A DNA stretch of 64,000 nucleotides from the NCBI GenBank assembly GCA_964106915.2, contig OZ066921.1. One strand, written 5' to 3'. This document shows, one piece after another, positions 1 through 12,400 of the stretch. The number at the start of each line of letters is the position of its first letter. The first letter of the stretch is position 1. A program made the translations under genes and the position numbers. This stretch comes from Podarcis gaigeae. Lineage: Eukaryota. The notes under the pieces were generated by a model, which saw nothing but the letters and a program-made list of their open reading frames with translations, made no database searches and was not told the origin of the DNA.

Positions 1-2948
1 GCCCCCAGCTGAGCAACTGGCTGGACCTGTTGGCATGAGGAAGGAGGGAGCGAGAGAACGATATGGATCATTCTAGCTGCTGCTCCTAGAAAATTTGGTT
101 CTGTGGCTTTAAGAAACCCTGATTGCTGCCTCCAGCAGCTCTTGAGCGGAGACCCCGGGGTGATCTGTCAGGGTTATTGAGGCCACCTTCTCCCAACTGT
201 GCACAATGCAAGTCCACAGGAATTGTGCTTTGCCAAGAGTGAGCAACCCAGAGGTGAGTCTCCAAGTATGAGGGGGCTGGACTTGATGGAAACATGAACT
301 TGCCACCTGGAAGAGCTTCATGGCCTTTGCCTTCAAGTGGCCTTGATGCTGTCGCTGTGCCAAGTGAGAAAAATGCAGCGCACCAGGGAAGTGGCTTTGG
401 CTCCCCTGCTCCCCTTGCCTCTGAGCCTCTGTAATTGTGCTGATCTGGTGGTATCCCTGCTGCAGCTTCCTGCCTCCACTTTGGCCAACAAAGCTGACTG
501 TTCCTCAGATCATAGCAAGGATGAAACCAGCCTCACGTCCTACAGAAGTGGCTGCTTTTCGGTGATGTCCCTCTTCTGCCACAAGCCCCAGTTAGATCCA
601 GCTTAAATTGGCACAGGGACTCAGGGTTCCAGGGTTGGCTTCTGGTTCCTGTGTTATAAACAACAAACTGGGTTTCGTGAACTGGAAGGGTGTGGATGCA
701 CTTGAGAGCATCCCTGCAAACAGCTGAATTTGGCTGTGGAAGCAATGGATCAATTTGGGAAGCAGGCAGCTGTTGTTCTCCCTGAGCCCCCTCTCGGCAC
801 ATGCACACACACACACACACATTCCCTGGTGGCTCATATGTCATCTGGGCATCATGATACACCAGCATTTCCACTTCAGCTGGCTGCGAGATCAGCTTGT
901 GCTGCAATCAGCAGATGCTTATCTGTTAAGCCGTGAAACTCTGGACAGGCTTCAGAGTCCTCGTCATCTACGCTCTGCGCTCCACAATGGGGCTTGAAAG
1001 TTTATCTCCTCTGGCGTGGCAGGCAAAGTGGAGAGGGCTGAGGGCTGTGCATTTTTGAATTCCCAAAGAGGAGGAAGGAACGCATCTGCAGCTCCATTTG
1101 TCTTGACACAAATCCCTCTTGCCTTAAGATGCCAGCATTTTGCTGCAGAGGATGGAGGCGGCTGCTTGCTACAGACTCATCCCAGGAATGCATGAGAAGA
1201 TTTTGTCGCCCTCTGATCTGTTTGGCAAGGAAACCGGCTTTAAACTAAGGCCCAGACCACCTCTCTTGGTGGCTGTAAAGAAATGCAGCATTCCCTTCGC
1301 CCATGGCTACTGCGGTGTCTCAGGCTGTGAAGCTGTTCCCCCCCCCCATACACACTCCCTCCCCCAGAAAGATGCAGTCACCCAGAACAGGGCTGTGCAG
1401 TTACTTTGTAGGCTTTGGGGCTTGTGCAATGCCCCCGTCTCCGTTGGAGGTCCGGAGAGTCAGTGTGGTTGATGGATCAGAGGGCTGGGCTGAGCTCTGG
1501 CCTGTGGTCCCACCTAACTGAATGGCCTCAGCTGCAAGTCGCCACCTCTCAGCCTCCGGTTCAATGTCACTGACAGGCATGTTTCGATAGCAAACCCAGT
1601 AAGGACTGCGGCACATTTGCAAAGTGAATGGAGCAACATGATTTGAATGGTGTCGGGCTGGGAGAGAGAAGCTGCTGTTCCTGCCCCATCCTGGCTTTCC
1701 CATCCTGAGAAGGAGAGGAGAGGGGGAGAGAGGGGATGCAACCCTCTGGGTCTAGCTAACTGGGTGCCAACAGCAGGTGCCCAGTCTGCCAAGCGGCAAC
1801 ACCAAGTAGCTGACCAGCTATGGTGAGGAAGGTAAGGTAAACTGGACAGTGGGCCCTCAAAGTTTCTGAGGCCCCCAAACCTCAATAGGGTACAAGAGGG
1901 TGTGTAAGCCTTGGAAGGAGCCTGTGCTGAAGGGGACCCCAGAGACTGAACTAACTCCCTGTCCCTGCCAGAAGGGCATTCAGGCACCAGAGGGCCACCA
2001 CTAGGGAAAACACAAGCTGGGCCCAGCACTTGGCCGAGAGCTTCTGGTTTAATGCACAACAGGGCAAGAAGCAGTCTCAGCAGCGTGCCTCTTTCCACTG
2101 GCACAAAGAGGCCTCCCCAGTTCACAAGGGGACGTACTTAGCTGCTCAATTCGGTCCTGCTCCTTCCTGGCTTCAAAGCAGTTGTGAGAATGCACAGAGT
2201 TGCAGGAGGAGAAGCGTGCAGCTGCCCTGATGCTGAGCCAGGCCAAGCCTGTGGATGCTGTGTGCTAAGAAGACCAAAACCCCAAAGCAGCAGCTGGGAG
2301 TTAAGGCCACTGGGAAGAAAATGTGCTTTCGGAAGTGAGGGCTGGTTCCACCCTTTCCCAGCAGGTCCTCCTGGCAGCTGGACTTTGGGCTTCATCACAT
2401 ATCCTGGAAGTGTTGTAGAAATGCTTCTGAGTTCCCCCAGGTTCCTTTGGTATAACAAGGTTCCTTTCCCTGGCTGAGACACTGCCTCCCATCACCCCAG
2501 CATTGCTCAAGGCACGTGGCTGAAGAAGGGGAACTTTTTCTCTATTGCTGTGTGCTTCAAGCCGCTCTCCCTTTCCCGTTTCTACTCGTCCCCAGCAAGG
2601 TAGCCTCTTGTTGGTGTGTCCATCGCCACTGGCTTTGTTGAGAAGGTAGCAGCAAAAGGTTCAAATGTGCCTAAAGGAAACAGGGCTGCAGCCGTCTCCC
2701 CTAGACGTGGCATCTGCTGCTTGGTGTTGATGGCAATGCAGAGAAGGTCCTGATGGGCAAATGTAACTCATGGCCGGGGGCTAAGCGAAATGATTTTTAC
2801 ACAACCAGCAAGACTGGCAAATGTCTTGACCTGGGAGGGAGGGAGGGAGGCAGAGGAGGAGGCAGAATGAATGTCTCTTAAGGTCACAAATTGCTTGGAA
2901 TTTGTGGTTAGTGCAAGAGTGAGTGTTGGCACCTTGGTCTGGCTCTCG

Positions 2949-3393
2949 TTATTCTTCTTTCGGCTTCTCCACAGTAAGGAAAGTGTCTGCTTTGCTGGCC
3001 TGGAGCTCTGAGTCGCTGAGGTGCTTCTTCTCCCGGCCCTGATCACCTTTTGACCTCGTCCAGGATGGGGAGCGCAGGTAGCCGGCCCGGGGGTTAGGGT
3101 GGGGGTGGGGGTGCAGACCTATGCCGGGAGAAAGAAAGGCAGGTCGGGACCTGACCAGCACACCTGGTTGCTTCCTCACACCGACAGACCTTCTGTTAGG
3201 ACTGCCATATGTCCGGAATTTCCCAGACATATCTGGGGATTTGTCCGCCAAAAATAGAGTCCAGGCAGAATTTTCAGAAATCGTTTAGAATGTTTGGGAA
3301 AATCCAGGTCTATGACAGCCTACATTGGAAGTGTTGGGTTTTTTTGTGTGTTTTTTTTTTTTTGGCAAATTTCCTGTTTTAAAAAGCTCAAAA

Positions 3394-3452
<59 letters not shown>

Positions 3453-6400
3453 GGAGATTTTGCAAAAATCAGGGCTCAGCCCCACTTTCGTCTGCCCGTA
3501 TTTTGATTGCATCGTGTACCAACTAATTCCCCCAGGTCTAAGAGTTTCCCCATTGTTCTGTGGCTGTGCCTTGAGAAAAATCCATTGTACCCGTTGACTC
3601 AGAAGCTCGGTAAGCAGCATCTCTCTTTGGATTTTCCATGCATCTGAGGAGATCCAGTTCAGTGGGTAAGAACTGGTTTTCGCAAGGCACAGCTGCAGAA
3701 CAATGAGAAAACCTCTTGGACTCTGGGGAATTACCGTATTTTTCCATGTATAACACGCCCCCTATTTGGGGGGACTTCAAATTAAGAAAATGGAAAATGG
3801 CAGCCAATCGCCAGCAGCCCTTCTCACAGCCACCAATCACCAGCACTATTGCCACTGAGAATCTCCTGCTCGCAGCTGTGACCAATCGCCCAACCCCACT
3901 CTGCACTACCCAAGTATAAGACGAGGGATAATTTTAAAGCTAATGTTTAAATTAAAGACCCTCATCTTATAGATGGAAAAGTACAGTAATCAGGGCAGAA
4001 TGCAATCAAAATACAAGTCAAGTTTGGACGAGCCCTTAATTTATGACCCATCTTTCCACATACTGGGTGTCAAAGGCAGCTATCTGAAGCAATGTACAAT
4101 AAAAACAAAACAAATATCCAAAGCAGATAAAACAACAGCAGAGCAGAAGAGAAGCAGATTAAAACAGTAGCCAACTTAAAATTCTCAGTGAGAAACACAA
4201 AGTCCTCCCACTCCGTCGAGGGGCAGCTAGTCATGCGCCACGCCAGCTCCCAGCTGTGTCCACATCAAAGGACACATCCAGCTAGATCCGTGGGGCTTTG
4301 ATGCGCAGCTCACGTGGGTCTCCCTCGCTATACTTGCGGCCTGTGCAGCCAATACATTTTGCAAGGCCTGCTCAAAATCAAATAGGCTCCCTTTCCAGAC
4401 GCAGCCTCCCAGTGAAAGAGGGAGGACTTTGAGCCCCGCATTTTCTGTGGAGAAGTAGAACAGAGGTGTGGGATCCACTGGGTGTTTTTGGCAGATCCCC
4501 TGAGAGTCTGCTCGCCTCATTCTGTGTGATCCATGCCCATGATGGCCAATAATAACAAATCAAAAAGCCGACCTGCAGCCTGGATTTCCCTCCCTGCCTC
4601 TTCTTGTCTGCTGAGAGTGCAGGGAACTCTCCTCATTAATTCCACTCACACTTTCCCACCAAGGAGGCTGATCTGCATTTCCACTCCATCTGTGTCACTG
4701 GGGTGCTGCTGCTGCCTCCGCAGACACCATCACAGACACCCTCTTCATACCCCTCTCAGCACAGCTGCTCATCGTGCCATTGCTCTGGGAGGGGCAGGAG
4801 AAGAGGGCCTGGAATCATGGGATGGGGGAGCCCTCCCTCCTCCCTACACACACAGCGCACAAGCCCTCCCTAGAGCAATAGCTTGCGCATCATCCTCAAG
4901 CAGATAATGAGGACATCATCACTCAGAGGAGAACCAGCTTGCCCCAGGGAGAAGCTTGATATTTTCCACAATCAAAGAGAACATCCTCTAAGCCAAAGTG
5001 TCTCCTTTTCTGAGACACCTGTCAAATGCTATCTGTTTTCTGAGACTCTTGGCACAGCTGGGCTGCTTAATGAGGCGCGCACACACCCCTACCGGCATGC
5101 TTGATTAAGCAGATTTCACACTGTCACTCCATGCTTGGGTTCCTTATCATCACAGGTGGAGTTGATTGGCTCAGGTGACCTTTCTGCCGCAGCAGCTCTG
5201 CCTGGGGTGATGTGCAAGCCCCACAAGGCAGTTGCCAGGCACTCTTCCCCCCGCCACTGCCCTAGTCTTTGTGCCCTAGATCTTGCCTAGCTGATTAAAA
5301 GCATCTTACTCTGTTTGCAATCCTGTTCCCACTTAACTGGGAGTAAGCACCATAGAACTCAGTGGGACTTACCTCTGGCTAGAGATGGATAAGATTACGC
5401 TGCAAGAATTGGGCCTCATAGACTCACTCTTGTGCACTGAACATCAACAGTTTTTTTAAAACTAATTTTGAGAATTAGATGCATGACGAAAAAGAAAAAG
5501 GAAATTAGGGCACCTGTGTACAGAAACATATTTTGCGGAGCCATAAGGCACCATACAGAGTTGCCATTTTGCAATTGAATATGCTTCAGGTTGGAAGGCA
5601 ACAGATCTCAGGGCATACATCTGATGCTTAGGCCCTTTGTGGCATCATGTCTGAACTGCTTCTTGTTAAACTTAAAGCCTGGGGAGGGGAACAACAGACC
5701 AGAATTATACTGAAATCAATAAAATCCTACTGAATGGGGCAACAACATTAATCCCAACCAGCAGGAACTATGGTATAAAAAGGAAAGCATTCTAAGAAGC
5801 TGCAGAAACGGCAACTTTGTTTGTGGTTTGAAAATTTTCTAGGATCAAAACTGGAGAGCAGAGTCGCCTCTCCAGATATGCTTCTCCTAAGTAATCTCAC
5901 ACTTGCAAGTGAGATTACTAGAGGGTGGGATGGGTGGAAAGGTGTCAGCTGACCCCCCCCCCAGGATAAGGCACTTGCTTAGCTGCTTTGCAAAGCCAAT
6001 TTATATGACATTGCCTCTCCCCACATGCCGAGCAGGATGAGTGCCACATTGATCATAAGATCTGCAGCCGTTGGCTCGACCCAGCAGTCTCATCTTGCAC
6101 TCTTTTGTCAAGGATGATAGGAGTTGTAGTCCAGCAACATTTCAAGCACCACAGCTTGCTGATCCCTCTTTTGAATTCCAACATGTTTCTCCCCCAACCT
6201 GTCTTAGGTCTATGCAGATGTATGCAGTTGGAATTGACTAATTAGTTCCTCCATTTTAAAGCTTGCATAATTAATTGGTTTAAGATTCAATCGAGAGACC
6301 ACGCTTACCAGCAGGGGATTCATTGCCTGTGTTCTCATCATCGGAGTCAGCAAAGACCTCTGCCAGCTCCTGGTCAGACATGTCTGTAAGCTCAGTTAGG

Positions 6401-9400
6401 TCCAGAAGGTCAAAGTGCACCTCAAGGGAGGAGACGCTGCTCAAAGGTTCTGTGGAGACAAGATGTCAGTGAGAACCATGACCAGTTAGGTAGTGTGGGA
6501 ACAGATGAGAAGGCCCTCTGATAGGGTCAGTTGTCCTGGACTCGGACATGCCCTCCCCACATTGCAGATGGTCTGCAGACTGAGGCCGGAGAGGGAACAC
6601 TGGTGAGTTAATGGCCGAGGCAAGATTTGAGCCAGGGACTTTCCCTGATTCTGTAGCCTTTTAGCCTCTGCACTTTAAATGAATGCAAAGTATTTGTGGT
6701 AAGCTCCCAGGATGGGCCTTTCTGCAGCTCCCAGGAGATGCAGCTGTAAGGGAGTCCAGGGTCTCAGGGGGAGTTGCTGAGCTGGGCTAGGGGCCCAGAA
6801 AGGTCTTTGCCTTCTCCTACAGCCAGCAGAGAACCAACTCCTTCCTTCCAGGTTTTACTTACGCCTGCGCTCCGCAACCTGCAGCAGCCCAGAAGTGGGG
6901 ATTGGGATCCCTCCTTCTTCCTCAGCAGGGGGGCTGTGGGGCTCTTCCACCAGTCCATGTATGGGTACAATAATGGGGGCCAGCCGCTCTGGCGTTTGGG
7001 CCCCTTTAATCAGCTCTGAAACGACAAAGGGTTGCATCTGCTTACAGGAGACATAGTAGGAGAGCAGAAGGAGAATCACTACGCAGGCCTGATCAGACCC
7101 ACCCAGCATCAGCATCCCTTTTCAGTTCAGGTGGATACAGTCAGGCTTGGTGGCCAACAGGTAGGAGAGGCCTGTTTCCCATAAAAGCCTCCCCCCAATT
7201 GACATGAAGGAAGCTGAGTGGGACTGCCCTTTGTTTCTGCAGCGAATTCTGGGAACAGACCCCTAAACTGACCACCAGCCTGGATGGCTACTAGCCACGA
7301 TGGTTCTGCCTCCACAGTCTGAGGCAATAATGCTTCTGAAGACCACTTGCTGGGAACCACAGAAAGGGAGAGTGCTATTGTACTCAGGTTGTGCTTGAGG
7401 GTTTCCCATAGGCACCTCATTGGCCACTGTGAGAACAGGGTGCTGGACAGGCTTTTCTAATGCTTCTCTGTCCTTAAACTCCAGCTCTTTATCCAGGCCA
7501 CTCTTGCAACTTATTCATGGCAGATGAGAAACCAAGGAACAACTTCCACCCCCTGCTTCTACCAAAGCTCAGGTGTTGGGTCACCGTTCAGCTAAGCCAC
7601 AGCATTCCTCTTTTCTTTGGCTCTCCATTTTTGCATTTCTTCACCCTCCTGTGCTGAATTCGGCTGCAAGGACTAATCCAGCCTGCCATGTCAGCCATGT
7701 CTAGCTGCAACTTGGCTGTCTCCCGTGTGTGTGTGTGTGTGTGCGCGTGCGTGTTTTATCCCCTCCTTGCATCTAGCACAGACTGGCACCATGTCAAAAG
7801 CGTCTCCCACGGTTCTTCCACTTAAACTTCAGCTTAAGATATTTGCTGTTGCTCTTCCTGCAGGTTCCTCCTGCAGCCTCACTCCTTAATAGCTTTCTGC
7901 TCGGCTCCAAGCCCTTAACCAAGCCTCTGCCAACAAAAGGCCTTCCAGATTCATTGGTGGTAAGTCTGTCAGTGGCTACTAGCCACGATGCCTCCACAGT
8001 CAGAGACAACCTGCTTCTGAACAGCAGTTGTTGGGAATCAAAGGGAGGAGGGGGCTCTTGGGCTCAGCTCCTGCTTGAGGGTTCCCCACTGGCATCTGGG
8101 TAGCTACTATGAGAAAAGGACGCCTGGCTGTACATCCATACATATAAAATTTCATATGGAAATCTGTGCCCTCTTTTTTACGTAATAGGAATGTCAACCT
8201 GCAATACCCCTGTGGTCTTTGTCCTCTCATCTTCCCTTCCCATTTCCCTCTTTACGTGGTTCCCGTTCAGGTCAAGCCAAGCCACACAGATGCACTTCTG
8301 CGGGCTCATGGTCTTAGAATCATATAATTGTAGAGTTGGAAGGGACCCGGAGGATCATCTAAGTCCCACCCCCTGCAATGCAGGAATAGGCAGCTGTCCT
8401 ATACTAAGGTTACCAGATTTTTAAAATGAATCCGGGGACACTTATTGTTTGCTATGTACATGTGAATGCTGAGAAAGCTGTAAATCCAGGGACTGTCCCC
8501 GGGAAACGGGGGACATCTCGTAACCTTATCCTATACAGGGATCGAACCTGCAGCCTTGGCATTATCAGCACCACGCTCTAACCAACTGAGATATCCAGGC
8601 TTCAAAGCATCATTGTGCAGCTTTCTTCTAGGATGGGCACCCCAAACTGAAAAGGGGGGTAAATGAGCAAAGCTGCACAATCTGCCGCAAGAGGCTCTTT
8701 GCAGCTGTGAGGCTATTAACAAAGGGGCTGTGTTTGCAAAGGCAGACACCTGATACACCCCTCCCTAGCCCTTGTTTCCTTCCTTCTCCTTGCCCTTTCT
8801 TCTGTTTGCTCAGCCTTGGATGAAAAGCTCATCCAGGAAAGGGGGAGGGGCCTTATCTCCCCCTTCCCCAGTATTAAGCACCCCCTGCCTCATAACTCTA
8901 AAAGGACTCCTAGAGCTACCCAGAGAGGTGTGGGACAAAACAGGAAGCGCAGCAGCTGGCTTTGCCTGAAGAGTGGCAAAGGAAGAAAGGTTGGCATTTT
9001 CTCCCAGGGCAATTTACAGATGGGTACCAAGAACCTGGGGCTCCTGCTAAGGAACCAGCTGCTGCAGGGAGTTGCAATGACAAAAGACTGGTCTGTTTGA
9101 GAGCAGGCCGGCAGGCAGACCCAGAACAAAGGCTGGTCTGTCAAGAGGAAGGAAGATGCCACCAGAGCCACTGTCCTGACTGTGAGCCATGGGCTGTGTG
9201 TGCTCAGATGTCTCCCCACTGACCCCCTACTCCATGGCCATCAGTTTTGTACCCAAGGGGTGGAAGACATGCCAGCAGCCTTGGCTTCGGTATGTGCAGG
9301 TAATCCCAGCAATGCAATTGCACAAGAGTCTAGAACAGTCACACGATGAGAGACTCTGAGCCAGCAGCTTTCCCCAACCTGATTCCCTCCAGCTGTTTTG

Positions 9401-12400
9401 GTGTATGATTCCCATCAGCAGCACTGGCTGGGGATGATGAGAATTGTGATCCAAAACAGCTGGAGGGCACCAGGTTGGGGAAGGCTCCTGTAGTAAATCC
9501 TATTCTTTGGTGTTCCCTGTAGGTCATAGCTCAGGTCTGTGCAGATGCTCTGATGAGACGTTCACTTTGCCCAGTGTTGGCAGCTAAGTCAGGGGCTTGT
9601 TGTGGTACACATGACCCTCCCCAGGTGCTAGGACTTTGCATGTGTGCCCCCTCTCCCTCTTTACATCATGGCTGGTGCCAGAAAGGCTGTGTCTGCACAG
9701 TCCACTCATATAAAGGGCTCAGCTAGAGAGACACAGAAAAGCAGAACCTCTGAGCTTGGGAAATCACTCTCCGCCTCATCCATTGTGCCAATGCCACACA
9801 CAGGCACTGCCCCAGCACCGTGCCAGCTATCAGGCAACTGGCACCCTACAACAGGGGCACATGAGGTTTGTGCCACAAATGATTGGCAGGCTGGGTCCTA
9901 CCCGCTCATTAACAGGCAGGATGTTGGTGCTGTTACCCAGAACATAAATGCAAATCCCAGCTAGCTAAGCATGCATGTTGATGTGCTGGGAAGACCCATG
10001 GTCAACGCTGCTCTCGTTTTTCACATCACTCTCCCCCACAAAACTACCCTCCTCCAGCACTTGTGTCCTGAATTTGAGTCCTCCAGTGTACCCTTACATG
10101 ATGCAAGTGTGCGTGTATATGTGCACTTACAGAATTTTGCTGTAGCATCCCTGCACATCACGCTGGAAAAACAAAGTGCTCTTTAATTTCCATGCCTCCT
10201 CCTCTCATCCACAGATGTGCAGCAGCAGCACAATGTGCCCAGCAGGAGGAGGGTGGGGGAGTTGGGCATTGATTCCCAATAGAGATGTACTAGCAGCACT
10301 GAATGAAGCGAGGGGCAATATTCCCTAATGGACTGGAGCTAAGGGGAAAGGGAGCCCACAGCCCTTGCTTGCTCCAGGGGCAATGAAACTATTAGCATTG
10401 AGCAGAGAGAACAAGAAGTCTCCATTTAGCCAGCTCAAAGCAAGGGCAGTGAAAGGGGGAATTTCAGTGAGAGCAACATCTTCTTTTCCTGAGTTGCTGA
10501 CAACATTTGGGGTTTGAGAATGCCTCCCAAACTACGTTGTGAGCAATCATACCATGGATCCAAAGCTGCTGCTGCTGTTGCTTCTGCTTCTTTGCCAGTT
10601 CTGCAGTCAGCATGCTCTGATCTATTTGATTGGGATGATGGGGCCCTGGGGAATACATGGACTAGTGTGGGTAACAATCTGGTTGTTTTTTAACCTAAGA
10701 GTCATGAAGGGGCTTTGGGGGTACAGCACTGCCAGCAGAGGTGATGCTCATTTCAAAGGAGGCCCCCAACATCCAAGAGCATCCACTGTCCTTTCCCAAC
10801 AGTAGAGACAGAACAAACACACTTTTCTCCTAGCCCAAACAGAGCTGTTTATTTAACTCTGTCTGGATTCTGTCCAAACTCTTTGCATTTCATCCAACCC
10901 ATTCTACAGGTTGCAGAACTCCTTGCTGAGTCAGAATTGCCTGTTTAACCTGCAGCAGCTCGTGGTGATCAGCAGATTCCACCTTACAAACAGCTCCAGT
11001 AGGGAATGCTTTTTTTCCTCCAGAAAAGAGAAGTACCAGGGCTACGGTTTGTCTTGAAACTCACCCCCATTGGTTTGTTGATTTTGCTGGTTAATTTTCT
11101 GCGTACATATGTAGTCTGCTCTCCTGGTAAAGTGGCCACCAATGCAACCATTTAAAATCATCTTAATAACCAATAAAAACCAATCTAAACAAAATTAAGA
11201 CAGATGTTTAACCAGCTAAGTATTTGGGGATTTGCTGCATCCCAGTGGTAAACAAAATATTCTCTGCACATGTTCAGAGGTGCTGAACATGTTCCTCATT
11301 CTGCAGCTGAAACCTGGCATGGGAACCATTTTCTGGGCACATCTGGAATTTTGAGGGCGTGTCAATGCCTCTTATCCAGTGGCATAGCGTGGGGGTGCAG
11401 GGGGCCCGGCCGCACCGGCCGCAACATCTGGGGGTTAGGCTTAGGGGGCGCAAATCCACGGGTTAGGGGGCGCAAATTACTTGCCTTGCCCCGGGTGCTG
11501 ACAACCCACGCTACGCCACTGCTCTTATCCCATCTCTCCCTAGAACAGCCCCCATCCCGAGAGACAGAAAGAGTGAAAATGCTCACACGCACACATATGC
11601 GTTCTGATTTTCCAAAGGATCTAAATAAAATACGTAATCTGAGCCTTGAAAAACACATAGAAGTGAAAGAGGATGTGGGAAAGAGCAACATTCTTCCAAC
11701 TTCCTCCTTTAGTGCTATAGCTATACACTTTTCAAGGGGGAGAAAGTAGGACCACCCCCCTCACAACTTCACAGGCAATAAGACAGTGAATGTGGGTGGG
11801 TAGGCCAAAAGCCTTTGTGGACACCCAAGCAAGACCTCAAGGGTGCCATTGTGCTCATGGGTGCCAAGTTGCCAACTCTTGGCTTGTGTATGTGTATTAT
11901 TATATAGATTCACATGTTATTCCAGTCTAGGGGAAAGGACAACAATTTCCCCCAACTCTTCTTGCTGAGCAGAAGTTGCAAATCTGAGCCAGGATCCTCT
12001 TTTCTTCTTTACAGTATTGACTCATCCTTAAGCCTTGGTTCCTTTTTGAAATATCACTGGCATGCTTTTGGTTGGCTCAAAACAAACACAGTAGCCCAGA
12101 CTCAGGAGGTCACTAGTAACAGCCACATCTAAATGTCAGATTTATTTCTCTAAAGGAGGGTGTGCAATGTTAATAAGGATTTTTTTGGGTCATTCCTGCT
12201 GCTGGGGGGGGGGGGCAGGAAAGAAGGGAGATGCTGTGTTAAAGGATCTTATATCTGCTTGCTCCCCAATGGAGCACCATAATGCAAAATCATTCCTTCA
12301 TAGTACATTTCTATCTCTAACAAAAGAGTTTTAGATAAGGTTTTGTATTCTCATGTGCCTGCTGCTTTTATGATCTCTTCTGCTTCCTCTGAAATGAATG

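Noticed and set aside
1-90. Possible last coding bases of an upstream plus-strand gene (AFG3L1 would be expected by synteny)
   Set aside because: Too short, with no recognisable sequence match.
7285-8113. Two similar segments at about 7285-7440 and 7973-8113 that look like a local duplication
   Set aside because: Related sequence recurs near 15790-16100, 29700-29830, 45170-45270 and 61190-61410, so this is a dispersed LINE-derived repeat.
8530-8598. Apparent tRNA-Ile gene (and the tRNA-Lys-like sequence at 41674)
   Set aside because: The stems are degenerate and each is fused to a LINE-derived tail, so these are SINE heads, not tRNA genes.
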